Assembly: GCF_000039765.1 (NCBI RefSeq)
Contig: NC_004460.2
Span: 300,001-332,000 of the forward strand
DNA from: Vibrio vulnificus CMCP6
GTDB taxonomy: Bacteria; Pseudomonadota; Gammaproteobacteria; Enterobacterales; Vibrionaceae
Direction: 5' to 3'
Length of the DNA stretch: 32,000 bases
The translations under genes were made by a program, and so were the position numbers. Shown piece after piece: positions 15,917 through 22,102 of the stretch (positions are counted from its first letter, which is position 1; each line of letters begins with the position of its first letter). The notes under the pieces were generated by a model, which did not search any database, was not told the DNA's origin, and saw only the letters and a program-made list of their open reading frames with translations.

Positions 15917-16402
15917 TCATGCCAGCGCCACCCCTTGGCGGGCATCGTCTAGGGTGTACCACCCGCGCCCGACTTCCATTACCGACATGGCATAGACAAT
16001 GCTTGCCAACAATGCGTTATCAGAAAGGTTAACTTGCGCATCCGGTGATACGCCCACTTGCGCCGCGACAAATTCCGCATAGTTGTCACTTTTGTTTTCA
16101 TTGCTTGGCGCAAAGCGGTGAATCAACTCACGAATGGAGTTCAAGCCGTGTTTGTTTTGATATGTTCGCAGCGTTCGAGCGCCAGCGCGAAAGCCGTACT
16201 TTGGCGCGCTAAAGGTTTCGAAACGCTTATCCACCGAGGGCGTTACCTTGCCTAACCAGTTATTCGAGCGGTTTTGCTCGATGTTTAACGGGTTATTGGC
16301 ACGGACGCCGCGCGGCTTAGTGAGATCAACTAAGTTTGATTTGCTGTTTTTCACGATTACCCCCAAAGCCAGCAAAGATAAAACAACCACCGCAACTTTC
16401 AT
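15917..16402 (-). CDS. 161-aa membrane-anchored protein, possible cell-wall (muralytic) enzyme
   Basis: N-terminal TM (VAVVVLSLLALGVIV), then RANNPLNIEQ..W.G, which resembles the NNPGNI-type motif I associate with small phage/virion peptidoglycan-acting proteins. This is a weak assignment from memory. Confidence 0.4.
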   Translation of the reverse strand: MKVAVVVLSLLALGVIVKNSKSNLVDLTKPRGVRANNPLNIEQNRSNNWLGKVTPSVDKRFETFSAPKYGFRAGARTLRTYQNKHGLNSIRELIHRFAPSNENKSDNYAEFVAAQVGVSPDAQVNLSDNALLASIVYAMSVMEVGRGWYTLDDARQGVALA

Positions 16403-16405
16403 TGC

Positions 16406-17038
16406 TTATTCACCTTGTGGTAATGACTTGTAACTTTCCGGTAAATCGTTTTCCATCGCTTCGCCATAATAGAAAATGGTTCCCGAAATTCTTGTGCATG
16501 TAAAACCAGACGCCGCGCTTGCGATTATTTTCGTTGGTTCGCTTAGCATAGGGTGAGGGTCTGCCGGATTGCCCCACGTCATAAGGCCAAGCGAAGTAAA
16601 ACCGCTACATTTCAAACGCGCGCCCCCGCCTACATCATCCAAGCGTGGCAACTTTTGAAGCTCTCCCAATTGCGCCGAAGCCCAATACAATGCACCAGCA
16701 CGGGCCACGCTTGGGTCGCCTGTTACCCAAACATCCAGATTTACAAAGAGGTTTAGAACGGGCTCATTCACATACGGCGATGAACCTTCATAATTTTTTG
16801 ACAACTTGGCCAACGATATTTTTTTCATTTCGTTACTTGAGCCAGTGCCTACAATCAGCGATTCCATACCCTGCGAAATTAGAATTGCTTCCGCAACTTC
16901 CAACTCTCCGCTTGCCCCTACTTTAAAGGGCAGCACTACAGGCCCGCCGCCCCCGACGTTTTCAAGCGCCTTTTCGACAGATTCGGCCAACGCTTTTAGC
17001 TTGTTTTCCGTGTTTCCATTGCCTAAATCAAAAGCCAT
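16406..17038 (-). CDS. 210-aa soluble structural protein (possible vertex/receptor-binding component)
   Basis: It is coupled to the upstream spike-like gene (TAA-AGC-ATG with a GGAGA SD). It has no TM, and I recognise no family. Confidence 0.45.
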   Translation of the reverse strand: MAFDLGNGNTENKLKALAESVEKALENVGGGGPVVLPFKVGASGELEVAEAILISQGMESLIVGTGSSNEMKKISLAKLSKNYEGSSPYVNEPVLNLFVNLDVWVTGDPSVARAGALYWASAQLGELQKLPRLDDVGGGARLKCSGFTSLGLMTWGNPADPHPMLSEPTKIIASAASGFTCTRISGTIFYYGEAMENDLPESYKSLPQGE

Positions 17039-17041
17039 GCT

Positions 17042-17749
17042 TTAAATCTCCAATACCGCAATGCTGTTTGCTGCATCGCCTGTTAACTGAATTTCGGCGG
17101 TTGTCTCAAGCTCCAGCTTTTCGCCCGCCTCTAACGGATATGCGCCCGCCACCGTCACCGCCGCCGTGTTACCGCTTAGCGCTTTAATGGTGATTTTCTT
17201 GCGCCCTGCGTTGGCCGGAATGGTGTAAGGCATCGCATGAACGCCCGCCGCCAGTGAAGCCGATTTTTTCAGCTCGACCGCTGGCAAGCTGGACACACCG
17301 ACCGATTGGCCCGCCGCGATGGTCATTGCTGGAATACTCGAAACGTCTAGCGATTGGCCCGCCGCCAGTTGCATTTCTGGCAAGCTGGATACCTTAACCG
17401 TTTGATTTGCTGCCAACTCGACCGCTGGCAAGCTCGATACGTCCACCGTTGGCAATGCGGAAACTTCCACCGCTGGCAGCTCTGACACGGCTACCGTGTC
17501 ACGTTGTGGCGGCACGTATTCACCAAAGCCAACTTTTAGCTTTACATCCCCTTCAACGCCGCGATTTTCGACCGTCACCACCCCCGCCAAGCGTTCGCTT
17601 TTGACTTGCGCCCCTTGCGTTAACACGTAGTAACCGCCGCTTTGCGTAGTGATAAGCAGCTCACCCGCTGCTTTTTCCACGAAAAGAAAGTCACCAATTG
17701 CGGTAAAGTTATCGCGCGCACCTGTTAACATTCGTTTTTCAAAGCTCAT
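17042..17749 (-). CDS. 235-aa repeat-containing protein, putative spike/fibre
   Basis: The central third consists of VSxLPxxx 8-mers and 16-mers, flanked by beta-rich N- and C-terminal domains. Confidence 0.5.
   Translation of the reverse strand: MSFEKRMLTGARDNFTAIGDFLFVEKAAGELLITTQSGGYYVLTQGAQVKSERLAGVVTVENRGVEGDVKLKVGFGEYVPPQRDTVAVSELPAVEVSALPTVDVSSLPAVELAANQTVKVSSLPEMQLAAGQSLDVSSIPAMTIAAGQSVGVSSLPAVELKKSASLAAGVHAMPYTIPANAGRKKITIKALSGNTAAVTVAGAYPLEAGEKLELETTAEIQLTGDAANSIAVLEI
17270..17488 (-). repeat. In-frame tandem repeat (8/16-residue units) inside the spike-like gene
   Basis: VSELPAVE VSALPTVD VSSLPAVELAANQTVK VSSLPEMQLAAGQSLD VSSIPAMTIAAGQSVG VSSLPAVELKK. At DNA level, ACCGCTGGCAAGCT(G/C)GA recurs. 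Confidence 0.75.
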
Positions 17750-17753
17750 TTGA

Positions 17754-18224
17754 TTAACTCCGTGTCATTAGGTACGCAATGGAGATAGCCGCGAACGCGC
17801 CAATGGCAAGCTTTTTGGTTAACTCCGCATCTTCACGCTGTTCATTGGCTCCGTTGTCTTGTTTGAACTTCGCCAACTCCATCACCGCATTGAGATTTTC
17901 CGCATTTTGCGCGGCCTGACTGCCTGCAAGCCCCGCCATCATCGACAAGTTTTCCGAGTTGGTCGCGCTGTAGGTTTTGAGCGCATCCTTTGAAAAATCC
18001 GTCACACTCTTAACGGCATCCCCCGCCACACTTCCAAGCGTGGTCATGGACAACTCCGCAAGACTTCCCGCCGCCTCAATCGCACCGTGGTCAGTTGCGG
18101 TTACGTTGAGCGTTGAGTTGTTAATCCCACTAATCGCGGTTCCAAGGTTGTCGCCGCTAATGGCGTTTTGACCTGAGTTATTACTCGTGGTCGTGGTGTT
18201 CTTAGAACTTGATTTACCACCCAT
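17754..18224 (-). CDS. 156-aa S/T/N/A-rich protein with a C-terminal TM anchor
   Basis: Low-complexity N-terminus (SSKNTTTTSNNSGQN) and a C-terminal LAIGAFAAISIAYLM. Confidence 0.55.
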   Translation of the reverse strand: MGGKSSSKNTTTTSNNSGQNAISGDNLGTAISGINNSTLNVTATDHGAIEAAGSLAELSMTTLGSVAGDAVKSVTDFSKDALKTYSATNSENLSMMAGLAGSQAAQNAENLNAVMELAKFKQDNGANEQREDAELTKKLAIGAFAAISIAYLMTRS

Positions 18225-18228
18225 ATTT

Positions 18229-18600
18229 TTAAACTCGCATTGTCAGCGCGGTCACTTCTTCGCTTGGCTGCTTCTCGTTGGTGTGCAAAGGCTTTACCAA
18301 CCGAGCCAGCGCGGGAAAATAGGTTTCAGCGCTGATACTGTTTAAACCCAATCGGCGCACAACGGGCGCGAGCTCTTGCATGGCTTTCACGACGCCAACC
18401 CCCGACACTCCCCACAAAAAATAGGAATCGCCGACAATCTCCCCCGCAATCGTGACGTCATACCCTTCACCGTGTATTTGGTAGAGGCTGACATTGCCCG
18501 CCGACACTTCACCCTTTAAGGCTTCGAAGTCTTGCGGGCATTTTCTAAACGCCACTTTGAGCCGTTCCAGCGCGCCCGCTGGCTCCGCTAACTGAATCAT
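18229..18600 (-). CDS. 123-aa soluble hypothetical protein
   Basis: No TM. It overlaps the upstream gene by 4 nt. Function unknown. Confidence 0.55.
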   Translation of the reverse strand: MIQLAEPAGALERLKVAFRKCPQDFEALKGEVSAGNVSLYQIHGEGYDVTIAGEIVGDSYFLWGVSGVGVVKAMQELAPVVRRLGLNSISAETYFPALARLVKPLHTNEKQPSEEVTALTMRV

Positions 18601-18806
18601 TTTCGATTCATCATCATGAACGCCAACGCCAAGACCACGCCGCCAATCAATAACGGACTTACCCCCGTAGGGCTTCCCATATTAATCGCGCCGACACTTT
18701 GGCCGCTGTTGTTGGTACTGGTTGCGGTTGACGGGCCAGCATCGCCGCCACTAATTGGCATTGAACCGCTATTCGTCAACCCGCCGCCGATAAGAGAACC
18801 CAACAT
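18597..18806 (-). CDS. 69-aa Gly-rich membrane protein
   Basis: C-terminal TM (LLIGGVVLALAFMMM). Its start abuts the stop of the 50-aa ORF. Confidence 0.55.
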   Translation of the reverse strand: MLGSLIGGGLTNSGSMPISGGDAGPSTATSTNNSGQSVGAINMGSPTGVSPLLIGGVVLALAFMMMNRK

Positions 18807-18959
18807 TTACGCCCCCTTCACTGCGTGTTTATAAACCAGATAACCGCCGCCCACTAAAGCGGCCCCCATGACTAACTTTTTTGTTGTGCTTCCGGTGAAA
18901 TAGCCCGCACCAAAGCCCGCCGCCGCACCGATAAGTGGATATAAAATAAAAGGCATCAT
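18807..18959 (-). CDS. 50-aa two-TM Gly-rich micro-protein
   Basis: MMPFILYPLIGAAAGFGAGYFTGSTTKKLVMGAALVGGGYLVYKHAVKGA. It has a TAAGGGGGA-ATG junction with the upstream gene. It is below the ORF-track cutoff. Confidence 0.5.
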   Translation of the reverse strand: MMPFILYPLIGAAAGFGAGYFTGSTTKKLVMGAALVGGGYLVYKHAVKGA

Positions 18960-18965
18960 TCCCCC

Positions 18966-19259
18966 TTACTTACTTTTCAATGCGACAATCAAACCAATGA
19001 GCAACAAGCCACCCACGCCATACATGAGATATTTCTCATTCATGGATGCCGCCGGATTGCTTGGCGGCACTGGTGCGCCATTTGGCTGCACGGGTTGTTG
19101 CTCTGCTGGCTTGCGGTTTTCTTCCGGCGCGGCACTTTCCGCCTTTTGCGTGTTGGTCACTTTTGGGTCGAGTTTTCCGCTTACGTAATTGCCCGCCGCA
19201 TCCGTGACCGTCCCTGCAAAATTGGTTAGGTTTTCGCCCAGTGAATCCCAAAGAGACAT
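18966..19259 (-). CDS. 97-aa membrane protein (Pro-rich middle, C-terminal TM)
   Basis: C-terminal YGVGGLLLIGLIVAL. It has a TAAGGGGGCAAA-ATG junction with the capsid gene. Confidence 0.55.
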   Translation of the reverse strand: MSLWDSLGENLTNFAGTVTDAAGNYVSGKLDPKVTNTQKAESAAPEENRKPAEQQPVQPNGAPVPPSNPAASMNEKYLMYGVGGLLLIGLIVALKSK

Positions 19260-19268
19260 TTTGCCCCC

Positions 19269-20111
19269 TTACGCCGTGGCGGTCGGTAGCGCTTTGACTT
19301 GCTCGACTGCTTCAAACACAACCGGAACCGCGCCCGCTTGTGATTTTTCCAGCTCAAACGCGAGTTGCTGGCTTGCTGCCGTGTTCAACACACCGTCAGC
19401 ACCGAAGCCGTAACGGGTAAAGTCCACACTAAACCAGCCCGCATTTTGCTCTTGACCGCAAGCGGCAAGGTCGTAAGCGTTGTCTAGTTTGTTGGCGTTG
19501 TATTCTTCGATGTTGTCACGCAACACACGCACACGCTCAACCGACTCATCCATAAAATGCGCACGTTTTAGGTTTAAGAACGGGCTACGCTCTGCAAAGT
19601 CAAACGGGATACGGCCCGCCGCTGGCGCGTTCCAAGTCAGCTCAATGATGCGCGGCAAGTAGAAACGCTCGCTTTGTGCTGGCAGCACATGAGCACGGGC
19701 GCGGATACTTGGCACCGCTGGCGCGCCTTCGCTTGGCGTTTGTTTGAGTTGCACGTAAATAAACCAGATTTCGCCTTGCAGCGTCACGAGATCAGTTTGA
19801 CGAACACCAACTTTTGTACGGTATTCTGATTCACCAAAATCAATGACGTATCGGCCTTGCTCGTTGTAGGTCTTTTTGTGCTTTTGGATGTTGACGAACG
19901 TTTTACCGCTGGCGCTCATAATTGGACGGCCATTCAACTGGATTTCAATTCGTTCAATATCTTCCGGATTGGTGATATTTGTGACCAACTCAATGCTGTG
20001 ATAAGTCGGGCCCGTTACCAAACGTAGATTTGCACGTTGGCCCCAGCCAACGCCTTCCATTGGGTCTAGCTCTTTTGCGCGTGGTGCAAATGGTGTGCTG
20101 ATAATTTCCAT
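19269..20111 (-). CDS. Putative major capsid protein (PM2 P2-like, double jelly-roll candidate)
   Basis: 280 aa from the ATG at 20111 (GGGG 6 nt upstream; the track uses GTG 20117). The size, beta-rich composition and position between the ATPase and the membrane-protein cluster fit the corticovirus layout. The assignment is not verified by alignment. Confidence 0.5.
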   Translation of the reverse strand: MEIISTPFAPRAKELDPMEGVGWGQRANLRLVTGPTYHSIELVTNITNPEDIERIEIQLNGRPIMSASGKTFVNIQKHKKTYNEQGRYVIDFGESEYRTKVGVRQTDLVTLQGEIWFIYVQLKQTPSEGAPAVPSIRARAHVLPAQSERFYLPRIIELTWNAPAAGRIPFDFAERSPFLNLKRAHFMDESVERVRVLRDNIEEYNANKLDNAYDLAACGQEQNAGWFSVDFTRYGFGADGVLNTAASQQLAFELEKSQAGAVPVVFEAVEQVKALPTATA

Positions 20112-20124
20112 ACTCACCCCCGCC

Positions 20125-20235
20125 TTAACCGATCACGTCTTCGACTGCATCAACGTTGTTTGATGCCCAAACCACACCCGCCGCGATTAGCGCGCTAAGT
20201 CCGAGCAAAATTAAATTGCCTTTTGTTAATTTCAT
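20125..20235 (-). CDS. 36-aa TM micro-protein
   Basis: MKLTKGNLILLGLSALIAAGVVWASNNVDAVEDVIG. GGAG SD present. The stop lies 13 nt before the capsid ATG. Confidence 0.45.
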   Translation of the reverse strand: MKLTKGNLILLGLSALIAAGVVWASNNVDAVEDVIG

Positions 20236-20252
20236 TGCTTTACGCTCCAAAT

Positions 20253-20281
20253 AAAAAAACCGCTGTTCATTAGCGGTTTTT
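20253..20281 (-). terminator. Intrinsic terminator-like hairpin between the ATPase and capsid modules
   Basis: The minus strand reads AAAACCGCT-AATGAAC-AGCGGTTTTTTT. It lies only 17 nt upstream of the next start codon. Confidence 0.5.
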
Positions 20282-20341
20282 ATCTTTGCCCGATATTCAC
20301 AACGGTTTGTAAATGCGGATTTAGAATCCTTGATTCTATTT

Positions 20342-20357
20342 TGTGAACTTATTCACA
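20342..20357. promoter_or_regulatory. CRP-like palindrome TGTGA-N6-TCACA
   Basis: TTTTGTGAACTTATTCACATTT has both core half-sites perfect. It sits immediately after the ATPase stop codon. Confidence 0.4.
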
Positions 20358-20358
20358 T

Positions 20359-21027
20359 TTACCAGCGTATTAGCCCCGCTTCGTACCCTTTGCCGTTCTG
20401 GTGCAAGTAGTGAAGCGGTTGTAAATCATTGATAACCGCCGAAGGAATGCCCGTCATTTTTTCTAAATACACGGCACTTGCTCCGGTCTTTTGCATCATG
20501 ACGTACATGTGTTGACAGTTATCAATAATGGTTTTTGAAACTTCTTGCCCACGCTGGAAAAGGTTTATTGTGTGGATGCCATACGAACGCCCCAAGCGCA
20601 ACAACTTGCCATGATAGCCCGTCGCTTTGCCCGCCGTTTCGCTGTGCTCTGCAACTTCCTCACAAACCACTTTCAACGGTTTGACATGATGCCCGTCACC
20701 ACACCCCCAAACGATTTGACAAAACTTGTCAAAATCGGCGGGTTTTGTGTCGCCTTTTTTTAAATCCGGTTGCCACGCAATTTTAAATCCTTGCTTGGTT
20801 TTTCGGCCTGCAACCACCGCTTGAGCAAAGCGGCTAAACGAGTGATACACGCGCACCACTCGCCCCAGCAACTCACCGTCATATTCTCGCTTTGGGTCAA
20901 AAATCACGACTTGGTCAGTCGCTTTTACTAAGCGTTTTTTGACAAGCGAGCTTTTGCCACACCCCGACATTCCCACAACGGCGGTATGCTCATTTTTCAA
21001 TGCGTTGTTATTGCGTCGCGGCTGCAT
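20359..21027 (-). CDS. Genome-packaging ATPase candidate (PM2 P9 / PRD1 P9-like size class)
   Basis: 222 aa from the ATG at 21027 (AGGGGG 5 nt upstream). Walker A is GMSGCGKSS, followed by a hydrophobic strand plus Asp (QVVIFDP). It has no TM, unlike Zot/pI of filamentous phages. Confidence 0.65.
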   Translation of the reverse strand: MQPRRNNNALKNEHTAVVGMSGCGKSSLVKKRLVKATDQVVIFDPKREYDGELLGRVVRVYHSFSRFAQAVVAGRKTKQGFKIAWQPDLKKGDTKPADFDKFCQIVWGCGDGHHVKPLKVVCEEVAEHSETAGKATGYHGKLLRLGRSYGIHTINLFQRGQEVSKTIIDNCQHMYVMMQKTGASAVYLEKMTGIPSAVINDLQPLHYLHQNGKGYEAGLIRW

Positions 21028-21499
21028 GAGCACCCCCTTGCGCCTTTGCCGCCTGAATGATTGCGGCGCGTTTTAGCGCTTCTTCTTTCTGAATTTCTTG
21101 CATCATGGCGTATTTGCCAAAGCCAATAATTGACACGGTCGCTAGCAAGGTGAGTTCAGGCCCATACTCTGCCAACCACGGCGGCGGCTCCGCACCGTAT
21201 TTGATCAACACGGGGGCGATTGCTCCGGTTAGTTGGGTTTCTTCTTGCTCATCGAATGACAAACGTTTGTCTTTGGCTTTTAGAATCCCATTGACAAAAC
21301 CCACCCCTTTTGCCGCAAATGGCAGCACCGCCTCAAGCGTTGCGGCTTGCTGCTTTAGCGCTGCTTCCCGTTGCGCCTTATCTTCAATCGTGATTTCGGC
21401 GTCTTCTTCCATTTCCAATTGATTTAGAAAATCCTTTTCCTCATCGGTGTATTCTTTTTCTAAATCCGTTGCCTGTTCGTTTAGTCGTTCTTCATCCAT
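21008..21499 (-). CDS. 163-aa protein: acidic coiled-coil N-terminus, hydrophobic C-terminal half
   Basis: MDEERLNEQATDLEKEYTDEEKDF... followed by ..LTLLATVSIIGFGKYAM. It has an 8-nt overlap with the upstream gene. Confidence 0.55.
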   Translation of the reverse strand: MDEERLNEQATDLEKEYTDEEKDFLNQLEMEEDAEITIEDKAQREAALKQQAATLEAVLPFAAKGVGFVNGILKAKDKRLSFDEQEETQLTGAIAPVLIKYGAEPPPWLAEYGPELTLLATVSIIGFGKYAMMQEIQKEEALKRAAIIQAAKAQGGAHAAATQ

Positions 21500-21848
21500 T
21501 GTTTGCCCCTAGCACTTTGGCGGTTACATTTCCCAACAAAAAGCAAAAGCCACCAATGAGAAACTTTGCGGCGTTGCTGTTTGCTGACGTTGTTGTTTTG
21601 TTGTTTTGCGGTTCCGGTTCCGGTACGGGCTCTGTCACTGGCTCCGGCGTTGGTTTAAGCATTTGCTCGACTTCTTCCAACGGCTTGTAAGTGGCAAAAT
21701 ACGCTTGAATATCTTCACCCGTTCGACAATCCGGCCCACACTTACACCGAGCCCTTAAAAAGCGCGCGCGCTTGCCTTGCCCCTGAATGATTTTTTTAGG
21801 TGTTTTGCATTTCGAGCAAGGGAGATAACCTAAAATTTCTTCATCCAT
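21492..21848 (-). CDS. 118-aa protein: N-terminal Cys4 zinc-ribbon-like motif, Pro/Glu linker, C-terminal TM
   Basis: CSKC...(17 aa)...CKCGPDC, then PTPEPVTEPVPEPEP, then FLIGGFCFLLGNV. Confidence 0.55.
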   Translation of the reverse strand: MDEEILGYLPCSKCKTPKKIIQGQGKRARFLRARCKCGPDCRTGEDIQAYFATYKPLEEVEQMLKPTPEPVTEPVPEPEPQNNKTTTSANSNAAKFLIGGFCFLLGNVTAKVLGANNG

Positions 21849-22071
21849 TGCTCACCTCTTGCAGCTTTTTCACTTCTTGTTTCAAGGTTTCGATTTCTTC
21901 ATTCTGCACTTGCAGCAAAACGATGATTTTTCGCCCAAAGGAATTGAAAAAATCCCGAATCGGGTTTAGAAACTTTCCAAAAATCGGGTTGCCTACGTGC
22001 GCGCCGATTTCCTCTACCGCGCCCGCCATTTCTTTTTTAATTTCGCCGAGTAATAAAGCCTTTTTATTCAT
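21841..22071 (-). CDS. 76-aa hypothetical protein
   Basis: AAGGAAG SD upstream. Coiled-coil-like C-terminus (LQVQNEEIETLKQEVKKLQE). Confidence 0.5.
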   Translation of the reverse strand: MNKKALLLGEIKKEMAGAVEEIGAHVGNPIFGKFLNPIRDFFNSFGRKIIVLLQVQNEEIETLKQEVKKLQEVSNG

Positions 22072-22102
22072 TTCTAGCCACTTCCTTTTATTTCAATTGC
22101 TC

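Noticed and set aside
15823-15945. N-terminal 41-residue extension of the 161-aa track ORF 15460..15945
   Set aside because: The extension (MPAKGWRWHEWQNDSNQYCGECHWHGAWCNGG..) is W/C/H-rich and overlaps the upstream gene. A 29-aa TM micro-ORF that is ATGA-coupled to the internal ATG explains the region better.
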